Position numbers and translations under genes: made by a program. Positions 51,184 to 62,759 of a stretch of 64,000 bases of DNA are shown here, piece after piece (the first letter of the stretch is position 1; every line of letters starts with the position of its first letter). The notes beneath the pieces were generated by a model, which saw only the letters and a list, made by a program, of their open reading frames with translations, had not been told where the DNA came from and did not search any database. Source of the DNA: Rebecca billardiae RCC1528 (taxonomy: Eukaryota; Protista; Haptophyta); contig OZ251253.1 of the NCBI GenBank assembly GCA_965240325.2, forward strand, positions 496,001 through 560,000, written 5' to 3'.

Positions 51184-54100
51184 TCATCCGATCCGCATGC
51201 CCATGCTGGTGGGCTGAACGAAGTGCTGGTAGTAGCCGTCCTGCGCTGGAACTGGCTGCCCGCCGTACTGCTGCGTGTACGGCTGCTGCAGCGGCGGCGG
51301 CTGCTGCTGCTGGTGGTGGTGTGGCGGCTGCTGGGCTAGCTGTGCCTGTGCCTGTGGCTGCTGTAGTGCAGCCTGATGTTGCTGGGGCAGCAGCTGCTGC
51401 ATAGGCAGCATCTGCAGCGGCGGCTGCAACAGTGGCTGCGGCACACACTGCATCGGCGGCCACGCCTGCTGCAGCAGCGGCGGCTGCTGCTGCTGCTGCG
51501 TGTGCAAGTAGTCGTCCGAGTCGCCGCCCCTGGCCACGCCACCCACTCGCTGCACGTGTGTGCGTGCTTCCTCTCGCGCGCCAAGCTCGTCAGTGAGCTG
51601 GTGGCACTTCTGCTGCTCCGCCTCGAGCTGGTCGCGCAGCTCGCGCAGCGTGCGCTCGTGCACCTCGCTCGCTTGTGCAGCCTCCGCTCGCGCCTGCATG
51701 TGCTCGGCGATCGCAACATCTCGCGACGCACGCTCGCTTGCCAGCTCGTCGGCTGTGCGCGCCTCTGCGTCCTCAGCCAGCCGGAGCCTGTGCTCGAGCT
51801 CGGCGCAGCGCCGCTCCAGCCCATCGGCCCGCGACTCAGCAGCCACAGCCCTGCGCTCCTGCTCCTGCCGAGCAGCGCGCTCCCGTCGCAGCTCCGACTC
51901 AGCCTCATCCAGCGCGCGCTCGAGGTCGGCTGTGCCCTCAAGTGTGTTGACCAGCGCGCCACTGTGCGCCGCTGGAGTGCCCTCCATGCCAGCGGGGGCG
52001 TCGGGCGTCGCAACTGGGGCTGCAGTGGGCTCGACAGCAGTGCAGAGCTCCACTGAGGGCACCCCTGCGCCTGCGACCGGCAGCTGAGGCTCGCTCGGCT
52101 GCGCGGTGCCCAGCGGGGGCTGGCCTGCAGTCGGTGGCGATCGCGCACCGCTAGAGGGCAGCGAGAGCGCCCCCTGGTCCGCAGCAGACGGCGCTGCCCC
52201 GGCCAGGGGCGCTCCCACCGAGAGCGGCGCGGCCGCTGGGCGCTGCTGGGCTGCCACACACCCCTGCCCAGCGGGCCCGGTGGGCGGCAGCACGCAGAAC
52301 CGCGGCGCGCTCTCTGCCGCAGACGGTGCTGGCGGCGCCTCCGCACTGGGGCCGGGGCCATCTGCACGCGCGATGCCAGCGGCCCCCGTCGCCGCCTGCA
52401 GCGTGGCATGCGCCGAGCCCCCACCGTCATCCGCGGCCTCCATTGCGTCCCCATCGTACGAGCACTCCGGGGACGAGACAGCGCGGCGCACGCGCCCTCG
52501 AGAGCGGCGGGCGGCCGCGCCGCCTGCAGCAGCGCCGCTTGCGGCCGTGCGCCACCCCTCTGTCCCGCTGCCGTCGCTGCTACTGGCTTCGTCGAGCACG
52601 ACGTTGTAGCGCCTGATGTGCCGCAAGCTGCCGCCGCCAGAGCCGTATGGCGCGGCCGCCGCCGGTGCGCCCAGGGCTCGGGGGCGCCCGAGAGGTGTGG
52701 CCTCAGCCGCCGTGGCGGGCGCGAGCGCATCCGCTGGAGCACCCTGCGCTCCAACCGCGACGGCGGCGGCGGCAGCCGATGCCTGCTGCACGCCCGCGTC
52801 CGGCTGCACCCCAGTGCCCACGGACTGCGCCGCCGCCTCTCCCCCGTCTGCCATGCAGGCTGTGCCAAGCGCATGCGCCACCCCGTCCGACACGGCGCCA
52901 GCCGTCCCCTCAGCAGCGCCAGCGCCACCCTCGCGCGCTGCGACATGCTGCTGCCCCCCTGGCAGAGGCATCTCCGAGAGGAGTGGGATGCCCAGCACCG
53001 CGGCGCTCAGGCAGTGCAGCTGCTCAGGAAGCTGTGATACCTCTCGCTGCGGGTGCGGGTGCGGGTGCGGGTGCGGGTGCGGCTGTGGCTGCTGATGCTG
53101 CTGCTGCTGCAGCTGCTGCTGCTGCTGCTGCGGCTGCTGCTGCGGTGGCGACTGCGACGGCAGGGAGGCGCCTGGTGCACCAGCACCGCCGTGCGCAGCG
53201 CCCGGCTCGCAAGCCTCGTCGTCGTCGCCACCAGCGCTGCTCCATGAGACCGAGCGCAAGTCCGAGGGTGCCACGTCGTCCGCGTCATCCGTCGGCGGCA
53301 GCGCCACCTCAGCAGCAGCTGGAAACTGCACTGCAGGGGGCGCTGCTCGAGCGCTCTTCTCTGCACCAGCAGGCGCGCCGTCGGCAGCGCAGGCAGGGCG
53401 CACGCGAAGCGCGGAGACGTCAAGCGTGTGCTCGACGCGGTCGCGCGCGCACATCACCACGACCTCGCGCGGTGCAGCAGCCACGCCGCTGGCGCCTTGG
53501 TGCCGTGTTGTGCCGCGCCGCCAGCCACTGCCGCCGCCGCCGCAGCACCCGGGGCCTGGCCCTGCCGTGGCTGGTAACACCTTGACCAGTTTGCCGGTGC
53601 GGGTGATCTGCCCGCCCGGAATGAGCGCAAAGGCCACCTCCATCCCCACCTGCAGCGGCGTGTCCACGCGCACCGCCTCACTGAACTCAGCCACTGCTTT
53701 CTTGCGCAGCCGCTTCGTCTCCTGGCCTTGTGCATAGTTGTCGGTGCGGCCGGGTGGCGCAGACTCTGGCGCGTCAGCGCTGTCGTGCGCAGCGCCCAGC
53801 TCGCAAGCCTCGTCGTCGTTGTCACTGGCGAGAGTCCACGCGACCGACGACGAGTCCACCGACAGTTCTGCAGAGGGCGCCACAGCGCCCGCGTTCGCCG
53901 GCGGCAGCGCCCCATCCGAAGCAACGGGCAACTGCGCTGCGGAGGGAGAGGCTTGATGAGCATTCTCTGCCCCAGCAGGCGCGCCCTCGGCGGCTCCGGC
54001 GCGGCGCATGCGCAGCGCGGAGACGTCGAGCGTGTGCTCGACGCGGTCGCGCGCGCACATCACCACGACTTCGCGTGTCGCAGCAGCCGCGCCGCGGCCA

Positions 54101-54711
54101 CCCTGCTGCTGTGGCGTGCCACGCAGCCCGCCACCGCCGCCGCCGCTGCTGCCGCCGCCTCGTCCGGGGCGGGGCCCTGCGATGGCGGGTGACACCTTGA
54201 CCAGTGTGCCGGTGCGAGTGATCTGCCCGCCAGGGTTGAGCGCGAAGGCCACCTCCATCCCCGCCTGCAGCGCCGTGTCCGCGCACACCGCCTCGCTGAA
54301 CTCAGCCACTGCCTCCCGCCGCAGCCGCTTTGTCTCCTTGCCTTGCGAGTACATGTCAGGCGCGCGGCCGTCGTGCTCAGGCCCGTGGACCGAGGCGTCG
54401 AGGGCGGCGGGCGCGCTCTTGAAGAAGTCCACGCGGCTGCCACGCGCGAGCACAAACGCTCGGCGCGGGGTCGAGCCGTCCTCCGCGACGAGCGCAAAAA
54501 CGCACGTGCCGGCCGCTGCACCCGACACGGGTTCGAGCCCATCGCGGTAGCGGTAATGCCGCAGATGGCTGGCGAGCACGGGCAGGCGGGCGATGACGTC
54601 GTGCACGGCATCGACACCAATCCGCCCGTCCTTCGCCGTGAAGTGCCCGCTGATCACGAGCGGGCCACGCGCCGGCAGCTTTGCCGCCATATCCGCAGCG
54701 TTCGGCGCCAT
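51184..54711 (-). CDS. Hypothetical intronless protein with a duplicated ~200-aa module, C-terminal coiled coil and Gln-rich tail (ORF open up to 55233)
   Basis: 1349-aa ORF in the track; MAPNAADMAAK at 54711 is a plausible start. Heptad-like region LERALDEAESELRRER...LTDELGAREE and polyQ/P tail. Confidence 0.6.
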   Translation of the reverse strand: MAPNAADMAAKLPARGPLVISGHFTAKDGRIGVDAVHDVIARLPVLASHLRHYRYRDGLEPVSGAAAGTCVFALVAEDGSTPRRAFVLARGSRVDFFKSAPAALDASVHGPEHDGRAPDMYSQGKETKRLRREAVAEFSEAVCADTALQAGMEVAFALNPGGQITRTGTLVKVSPAIAGPRPGRGGGSSGGGGGGLRGTPQQQGGRGAAAATREVVVMCARDRVEHTLDVSALRMRRAGAAEGAPAGAENAHQASPSAAQLPVASDGALPPANAGAVAPSAELSVDSSSVAWTLASDNDDEACELGAAHDSADAPESAPPGRTDNYAQGQETKRLRKKAVAEFSEAVRVDTPLQVGMEVAFALIPGGQITRTGKLVKVLPATAGPGPGCCGGGGSGWRRGTTRHQGASGVAAAPREVVVMCARDRVEHTLDVSALRVRPACAADGAPAGAEKSARAAPPAVQFPAAAEVALPPTDDADDVAPSDLRSVSWSSAGGDDDEACEPGAAHGGAGAPGASLPSQSPPQQQPQQQQQQLQQQQHQQPQPHPHPHPHPHPQREVSQLPEQLHCLSAAVLGIPLLSEMPLPGGQQHVAAREGGAGAAEGTAGAVSDGVAHALGTACMADGGEAAAQSVGTGVQPDAGVQQASAAAAAVAVGAQGAPADALAPATAAEATPLGRPRALGAPAAAAPYGSGGGSLRHIRRYNVVLDEASSSDGSGTEGWRTAASGAAAGGAAARRSRGRVRRAVSSPECSYDGDAMEAADDGGGSAHATLQAATGAAGIARADGPGPSAEAPPAPSAAESAPRFCVLPPTGPAGQGCVAAQQRPAAAPLSVGAPLAGAAPSAADQGALSLPSSGARSPPTAGQPPLGTAQPSEPQLPVAGAGVPSVELCTAVEPTAAPVATPDAPAGMEGTPAAHSGALVNTLEGTADLERALDEAESELRRERAARQEQERRAVAAESRADGLERRCAELEHRLRLAEDAEARTADELASERASRDVAIAEHMQARAEAAQASEVHERTLRELRDQLEAEQQKCHQLTDELGAREEARTHVQRVGGVARGGDSDDYLHTQQQQQPPLLQQAWPPMQCVPQPLLQPPLQMLPMQQLLPQQHQAALQQPQAQAQLAQQPPHHHQQQQPPPLQQPYTQQYGGQPVPAQDGYYQHFVQPTSMGMRIG

Positions 54712-55799
54712 AGCTGCCGCGTCCGAATCAGGCGGCGCAGGCCTGCTGTCGGCGACGCCCACCGCCCTTGCGGCCACGGGGAACGACGCAGCGCGACGGG
54801 TAGGGACGGCCTCGGGCTGCTGCACGAGGATGCAACCGAGCGACCTGCCGGGCAGACCGACACGCGGATCTGGCGGGCGGCGTCGCGGCTCCCGAGGCCT
54901 CAGCCTGTTCCGCCTCGTGAGTTGCCGAAGCATCAAGCTGAAATCAGCGATCGAAGCACTTTTCGTCGGCGACGTCCGAGTACGACGGCCCTTTGGTGCG
55001 TCCCCATGCGAACCCGCGACGAAGTTGCAGCACATGGTACGTGCTGTCCGGTTGACGGTTGTCCGGAGGGCATGCAGCAGCATACGCACTTCGATCAGCT
55101 CGCTCATCCGGTCGGGCTCGCGCGCTAGGCGCTTTGACTCGTCTGCTTTGACCGTTGATCGAGTGAGAATTCGGACGAGAGTCGTCGACGACGACGAGGT
55201 GCGATCAGGCGGCAGTGGGGCGCACGACACCATCTCCGAGCACTACGGAGTACGGAGCACTCGATCGACTACTCTCAGACGACTAGCACACTCTCAGACA
55301 ATGGCATGGTGAGCATGGCAGCAACATGCTAAATCCATCGATCGTCCGCAATCTGCACCATGCACTCTGGCCAGTGATACGGAGTGCTATGCGGAAATAA
55401 AGTATATCTTTATGATACATTTATTCACAAACAAGGTTGCTGTAGCTAATTATGTCGCCATCGAATGAAGCAATTTAATATGGCGGGCCGTAGGTCCGCC
55501 CCTTGTAGTGCCCGGGGTAAAGATGAGAAAAAGAAAAGGAAAAAAGAAAATCGCCTTGCAAAGAAAAGAAAATCGCTTCGCTCACTGTACCGGGCGCCCT
55601 CGCAGCTCCTGACACTGGCCCGTGACTGGGGTGACGCTCGGCCGAAAACATCTTCCCGATGGCGCGGAGCGCATGGGCGGCGCGTGCCAAATCCAACGCC
55701 GGCGCGGACATCGCGCGAGGACTCCCGAGGGGGGTTTTCGCCCGATTCGCGATTGCTGCCCTCGTCGTCTCGCGTGCAGGTCGAACGGGGGCTAAGTCG

Positions 55800-56700
55800 A
55801 CCCGTTTGGAGCGCAGTACGCTCGGCGCGTCGACACGATCGTGCGACCTGGGGCGGCCCTCGCCCGACTTGCACGTCGAGCGCTCGCACTGGCCATAACA
55901 TCAAGCGCTGCGCACGACAGCCACCTCGCGCGATCCACCGCCGCGCGTCGGGCTCGGTGCGGAAAGGCCCTCATCACGAGGTGTCTCGCGGGCGGGAAGC
56001 GCCATCGCACGCGACGCAAGATTTGGCGCGGCCTTCTGAACTCGATCGCCGGAGCGCACCGGACTCAGTCCTCGCTCGCGGTCCGGTCCCTCAGCCGAAG
56101 CCCACGTCCGGCCTGCATGGCGTCGACGGTGACCAATGCGACGGAAGCGCAGCGCTAACGGCGTACGACGCGCAGCGGACGCACCTCCCGGGTCTGTCGC
56201 CGTGGCAGCAACCGCGCCATCGCGAGTTGGCGACCCTCGCCGCAGCGCGACACAGACAAGCCCGTGATGCCATCCGCAGAGAGATGAATCGTCGAGCATG
56301 CAACATCGCCGCGTCATCCTCGTCCATGGCGCAGGCGCTGCGGGACGAGGCGGAAGTCGTCACGCCGGTGACGGATGCGCTGCGATTCGTGTGCCCGCGT
56401 GAGCAGCGCTTGCCTACTCTCGAGCGCGAGTGGCACACGCTGTCGCTGTGCGCGCGCGCGCACAACCAACAGCTCCTCGTGCCGCCGAGCACGCGAGCGC
56501 CAGACCTGTCGAAGATGCGAAGAGCGACGACCGCGTGAACGTCAACGCGCTCGTGCTCAGCGTGGCGGCCGTGTACGGCGTCAACGCGACCTGCGCCGAG
56601 CCCATCATGCCTGGAGCGGACATCGGCAAGCATCCTCGCGACGACCGCTCTCGGCTGGCGGCAGCGGGAGGACATGCACATGATCTACTCTGGCGGCTTT
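55800..56700 (+). pseudogene. Degraded coding fragment with a mutated CCHC zinc knuckle, possibly transposon-derived
   Basis: CTSSARTGHNIKRC at 55870-55911 fits C-x2-(C>S)-x4-H-x4-C. Downstream protein-like sequence shifts between frames. No transposase catalytic core recognised. Confidence 0.3.
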
Positions 56701-58149
56701 GTCGGCGGCGAGGCGCTCGATTACGCCATCGCGGTCGAGATGCGGCACATACAGCGCGTACCCGCGCTCGCGCGGAGCAACGGGCTACCCGCCCCGCCCC
56801 GCGTGCTGCACATTCCCTCGTGGGTGTGGGCCTCGCCGTTCAGATGCGCATAAGAGCACAGACTGAGACGTGTCGGTGTACACGCCGGGGAGCCAACTTT
56901 AGTGGGGTCAGAGCTCCGACCATTACACTCTCGGGTGCCACAATCTCCCGAAATCTCTTAGCATGAATTATCACACGGGTATTTACTTGGGCGAACTCGT
57001 TAGTAGGCGTTAAGCTAGGCTTAATTCCAGGGTGTAGAATCAGCCTGTGCTGCCAATTTCAGACGACTGCCAAAATGTGATCGTCGCTAGACGGTGCGAT
57101 TCTGGTGCAAATAGCGAGATCACCTGGGAGATCGTGTATATCTCCCCTACTAATGTTGCCGAGATCGCGTCGAGATTGAGGTCGTATATCTCGTCCAATA
57201 TGTGGCATTTTTCGCAAAACTTGTCAGCGTGACCCCAGCTCATTTCAGGCGAATATTGACATCCCGAAGTTTGAGAGCCTCATCTCAAGACGACAGGAAG
57301 TTGGATGGATTTTGGACCACGCACCCCCCAGTGGGTCTCTGACCCCTCTAAGCCAACTTCACGTGTCACTGGTCCTTGCACTCCACTGTCCGTCACCCAC
57401 GGCCACGAGCGAATGTGGAAAGACGCGAACCGCCGCAGAGGATACATCATTGCGACAGCACTACTGGCACGCGGCCCGCCGCCCCCCCCCTCCCGCCAGG
57501 GCACAGTTTATGGCCCGCGGTGCAGGGCGGAGCGCGCAGCGTGGAGCCCGCACCAGCGGGCCCGAACCACGTTTCAAAAAGATCTTTGATCAAGAAAAAA
57601 GGGACGGGGGGCGATTTTTAGGGCTCAGGCGGAGACCGAGTTTCGAGTTTTTGAGATCGCATTGAGATCGAGGTCTATCAGGCCAAAAAAAACCGCGCCC
57701 AGCTGATTCCCTTAAGTAAAGTGCGATCTGGACGTCAGCTGGACGTGACATTAGTGTAACGGTTCGTTACGAGCGCGATTTTAAGTATGAGATTGCCGCC
57801 AACCGCCAACCGACATAAAAACGGCAAGGCAAGGGATCGGGAAACTTGATCACTTCTAACTGTGAATAGTAAAAAAAAGCAGCGCGACGAACCCGGGCGC
57901 GCCGGCCCTTGATTCAGCCGCGGTCACGGCTTTCGCTCTGAGCGAGCTTTGTTTGCGGCGGGCAGCGCCCACCCCGACCGGGGGACGTCGCAGCAGTGAC
58001 GGCGCGTGGCGGTGGCGGGGGCCGGCCGGCCGCTGGTCTCGCCCTCGCGCTCTGCTCTCCCCGAGCGCGCCTGTCGCCTCGCAGGCCGCGCGTCTCGCCC
58101 TCTCGCTCCGCTCTCCCCGAGGCTGAGCTCGCGGCCCGCATACTGTCAC

Positions 58150-58840
58150 CTCGCAGGCGCGCGCCACGGACACATACGCGACGAGATCGCGGCGGGGGCG
58201 GCGAGATCGCGGCGGGGGCGACGGGCAACAACCTGCCCGCGGGCGCGTTCGTCACTCGAGGAGCAGCGCGCAAGGGCGAGCCGAGTCCGGAGCACGCGAG
58301 CTCGTCGCTCGCCGACCGGAGCAGAGCGCGCCGCCCGCCGCCGCCGAGCGAGCGCGGCGCGGCAGAGCTGATGAGCCGGATGCGCCCGGAGCTCGCGCGG
58401 CTGAAGGGCGAGCTCGAGCACGCGAGCTCGCGCCTCGACGCCGAGCGCGAGCTCCTCCTCAACTCGGTCGACGGCGGCGCGGAGGTCCGGCAGCAGCGTG
58501 AGGACTCACATGACAGTGTGAGTGAGCCGCGCGCAGCTCAGCCTGCCGCTGGCAGCCGCCGTCTTCGAGGCCGACGCGGCGGAGGAGGCGGCGGGCGAGC
58601 ACGGCGGCGCGGTGGAGCAGGCGCGCACGCGCGGCGGCAGGCGCGACGCGCCGCTCGCCTCGTTCCACCGCCCCGAGCTCCGCTCGGTCGGTCTCGGTGC
58701 GCGGCTGCGCAGCCGGCAGGCCGGCGGGCCAGCAGTCTGCAGTGGCGCGCGCTCTCGCTCTGCCGGCACGAGGCGTGCCGGCTGAGCGACCAGCGGCCCG
58801 TCGTCGAGCGCATGGCGCAGGGCGAGTACCTCAAGCAGGT
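58150..58840 (+). pseudogene. Coiled-coil gene fragment ending at a splice donor (GRIP-like start, EYLKQ|GT)
   Basis: Host-style codon usage: ELARLKGELEHASSRLDAERELL...ERMAQGEYLKQ followed by GTGCGC. I found no downstream exon before the repeats. Confidence 0.3.
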
Positions 58841-59116
58841 GCGCCCGCTCGCGCGCACGCGCCGGCTCGCGCCGCGCCAGCGCCTCTCGCCCTGCCTGCG
58901 CGCGCGCGCCGGGCGCTAGTCCCCGCGGCGGCCCGCGGCGACAGTCCTCGGCCCGCCGGCCCGGTGGGCGGCAGTGACTGAGTTGGCGGTGGCAGCTCAG
59001 GCGAACTGTTATACACATGTCAGACTGAGACAGCAGCCGACGGAGGGTGCACCGCGGGCCCCGAACTACGTTCGTTCTACGGAAAAAGACCGCGGAACGC
59101 GGTCATATATATATAT

Positions 59117-59875
59117 GTGTCCTCCTGCACAAAGATTGAAGCGGCGCCAATCGATGTGTATATATACTTGTGTGAGGTGGGGATTTGTCCCTGGATGACG
59201 GGAAGAGCGACTGAGCCGACGGTGCCAAAGCTGCGCGCAGACTGCGCCAGCGTGTGGCAGCAAGGTCCCTGGCTCAGGCGAGCATAGCACTCACAGGCCT
59301 GACAACAGCAAGCTCGTCAACCACAACGGAGGCTGCAGGGGCGGATGGCGGGTTGAGCGACGAGCGAGCGAGCACGAGCAAAGAAGCACGCGACGGCGAA
59401 GGAGATGGGGCCTCGTTTGCTGATGATGAGGCAAGGGGCCGACTGGCAGTAACTGATGAGCAGCTTGTGAGCTCGGCGCGAAAGGTCGTAAAGTGCCGAT
59501 TTGTGTGAGCTCGACTGGTTAGTTGCTTGATGAACTGGAAAGCTGCCACTCGGATGACTGCAGATGATCTTGGATATGATCTCGAGCGCCGTACCAGCAC
59601 GAAGCAACTACCTGCAGGATCAGGTAGACGATGGAGGCCCTTGGCCTTGGCTGTCACGACACTGCGACGCATCACCTTCCAGCCTCCCGACACATTCGGT
59701 TATAACTGCGTTATAACGCCACGTGTCCTCCTGCACAAAGATTGAAGCGGCGCCAATCGATGTGTATATATACTTGTGTGAGGTGGGGATTTGTCCCTGG
59801 ATGACGGGAAGAGCGACTGAGCCGACGGTGCCAAAGCTGCGCGCAGACTGCGCCAGCGTGTGGCAGCAAGGTCCC
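59117..59875. repeat. 153-bp identical direct repeats (59117-59269 and 59723-59875) flanking a 453-bp spacer
   Basis: gtgtcctcctgcacaaagattgaagcggcg...gtggcagcaaggtccc occurs twice, 606 bp apart. Confidence 0.92.
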
Positions 59876-60056
59876 GTTTGTGAGCAGGAGAGATCCCGTT
59901 GAGGACGAGGGCGCTGCAGCGAGATGCTGGAGGCGAGCGACACGGAGGAGGCCGAAGGTGGCGAGGTGGCACGTCCTCGTGTTTTTTTTGGTTTTTTTTT
60001 TTGGGTAGGTTGTGTGTGTCCTGTGCGCGCGCGCGCGCACGCGCGCGCCGGTGCGT

Positions 60057-62716
60057 TGGGCAGAAAAGCCAGAGGCAGCAGCCCCAGCCAGACGGGCAGA
60101 AAAGCCTGCAGCAGCTGGATGGGGCAGCTGCTTTCCGCCGAGCATTTGCATGCTCCACTGAACAGGAACAAAACAAAGTCACCTGGGCAGAAAAGCTCGG
60201 GCCAGTAGGGCAGAAAAGCCTGGGGCAGCTGCGAAGGGGCCGCCCCCCGCCGAGCATATGCATGCTGCGGAACTGGAACAAAACAAAGTCACCTGGGCAG
60301 AAAAGCCCGGGCCAGTCGGGCAGAAAAGCCCGGAGCAGCCGCGAAGGGGCCGCCCCCCGCCGAGCATACGCATGCTGCGGAACTGGAACAAAACAAAGTT
60401 ACCCGGGCAGAAAAGCCCGGGCCAGTCGGGCAGAAAAGCCCGGGGCAGCCGCGAAGGGGCCGCCCCCCGCCGAGCATATGCATGCTGCGGAACTGGAACA
60501 AAACAAAGTCACCCGGGCAGAAAAGCCCGGGCCAGTCGGGCAGAAAAGCCCGGGGCAGCCGCGAAGGGGCCGCCCCCCGCCGAGCATACGCATGCTGCGG
60601 AACTGGGACAAAACAAAGTTACCCGGGCAGAAAAGCCCGGGCCAGTCGGGCAGAAAAGCCCGGGGCAGCCGCGAAGGGGCCGCCCCCCGCCGAGCATATG
60701 CATGCTGCGGAACTGGAACAAAACAAAGTTACCCGGGCAGAAAAGCCCGGGCCAGTCGGGCAGAAAAGCCCGGGGCAGCCGCGAAGGGGCCGCCCCCCGC
60801 CGAGCATACGCATGCTGCGGAACTGGAACAAAACAAAGTTACCCGGGCAGAAAAGCCCGGGCCAGTCGGGCAGAAAAGCCCGGGGCAGCCGCGAAGGGGC
60901 CGCCCCCCGCCGAGCATACGCATGCTGCGGAACTGGAACAAAACAAAGTTACCCGGGCAGAAAAGCCCGGGCCAGTCGGGCAGAAAAGCCCGGGGCAGCC
61001 GCGAAGGGGCCGCCCCCCGCCGAGCATATGCATGCTGCGGAACTGGAACAAAACAAAGTTACCTGGGCAGAAAAGCCCGGGCCAGTCGGGCAGAAAAGCC
61101 CGGGGCAGCCGCGAAGGGGCCGCCCCCCGCCGAGCATACGCATGCTGCGGAACTGGAACAAAACAAAGTCACCCGGGCAGAAAAGCCCGGGCCAGTCGGG
61201 CAGAAAAGCCCGGGGCAGCCTCGAAGGGGCCGCCCCCCGCCGAGCATACGCATGCTGCGGAACTGGAACAAAACAAAGTTACCCGGGCAGAAAAGCCCGG
61301 GCCAGTCGGGCAGAAAAGCCCGGGGCAGCCGCGAAGGGGCCGCCCCCCGCCGAGCATATGCATGCTGCGGAACTGGAACAAAACAAAATTACCCGGGCAG
61401 AAAAGCCCGGGCCAGTCGGGCAGAAAAGCCCGGGGCCGCCGCGAAGGGGCCGCCCCCCGCCGAGCATATATGCATGCTACGGAACTGGAACAAAACAAAG
61501 TTACCCGGGCAGAAAAGCCCGGGCCAGTCGGGCAGAAAAGCCCGGGGCAGCCGCGAAGGGGCCGCCCCCCGCCGAGCATATGCATGCTGCGGAACTGGAA
61601 CAAAACAAAGTTACCCGGGCAGAAAAGCCCGGGCCAGTCGGGCAGAAAAGCCCGGGGCAGCCGCGAAGGGGCCGCCCCCCGCCGAGCATACGCATGCTGC
61701 GGAACTGGAACAAAACAAAGTCACCCGGGCAGAAAAGCCCGGGCCAGTCGGGCAGAAAAGCCCGGGGCAGCCGCGAAGGGGCCGCCCCCCGCCGAGCATA
61801 CGCATGCTGCGGAACTGGAACAAAACAAAGTTACCCGGGCAGAAAAGCCCGGGCCAGTCGGGCAGAAAAGCCCGGGGCAGCCGCGAAGGGGCCGCCCCCC
61901 GCCGAGCATACGCATGCTGCGGAACTGGAACAAAACAAAATTACCCGGGCAGAAAAGCCCGGGCCAGTCGGGCAGAAAAGCCCGGGGCAGCCGCGAAGGG
62001 GCCGCCCCCCGCCGAGCATATATGCATGCTGCGGAACTGGAACAAAACAAAGTCACCCGGGCAGAAAAGCCCGGGCCAGTCGGGCAGAAAAGCCCGGGGC
62101 AGCCGCGAAGGGGCCGCCCCCCGCCGAGCATACGCATGCTGCGGAACTGGAACAAAACAAAGTCACCCGGGCAGAAAAGCCCGGGCCAGTCGGGCAGAAA
62201 AGCCCGGGGCAGCCGCGAAGGGGCCGCCCCCCGCCGAGCATACGCATGCTGCGGAACTGGAACAAAACAAAATTACCCGGGCAGAAAAGCCCGGGCCAGT
62301 CGGGCAGAAAAGCCCGGGGCAGCCGCGAAGGGGCCGCCCCCCGCCGAGCATATATGCATGCTGCGGAACTGGAACAAAAAAAAGTCACCCGGGCAGAAAA
62401 GCCCGGGCCAGTCGGGCAGAAAAGCCCGGGGCAGCCGCGAAGGGGCCGCCCCCCGCCGAGCATACGCATGCTGCGGAACTGGAACAAAACAAAGTCACCC
62501 GGGCAGAAAAGCCCGGGCCAGTCGGGCAGAAAAGCCCGGGGCAGCCGCGAAGGGGCCGCCCCCCGCCGAGCATACGCATGCTGCGGAACTGGAACAAAAC
62601 AAAGTCACCCGGGCAGAAAAGCCCGGGCCAGTCGGGCAGAAAAGCCCGGGGCAGCCGCGAAGGGGCCGCCCCCCGCCGAGCATACGCATGCTGCGGAACT
62701 GGAACAAAACAAAGTC
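60057..62716. repeat. 110-bp satellite array, ~23 near-identical units plus a diverged first unit
   Basis: Unit gggcagaaaagcccgggccagtcgggcagaaaagcccggggcagccgcgaaggggccgccccccgccgagcata(c/t)gcatgctgcggaactggaacaaaacaaagt(t/c)accc. The period is 110 bp, with three 112-bp variants. Confidence 0.98.
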
Positions 62717-62759
62717 GCCAAAACCAAGTGCCAGTCAGGCAGAGAACGTCGCTGACTGA

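Noticed and set aside
57019-57716. TTAA-flanked terminal inverted repeats (gaatcagc / gctgattc)
   Set aside because: The match is only ~8 bp and is not aligned with the TTAA sites, which is insufficient.
59205-59240. LWHRRL on the minus strand as a copia GAG-pre-integrase motif
   Set aside because: It lacks the following GH and CxxC, and there is no integrase or RT nearby; probably chance.
60057-62716. CRISPR array
   Set aside because: Units are contiguous near-identical 110-mers with no unique spacers, there are no cas genes, and the context is eukaryotic.
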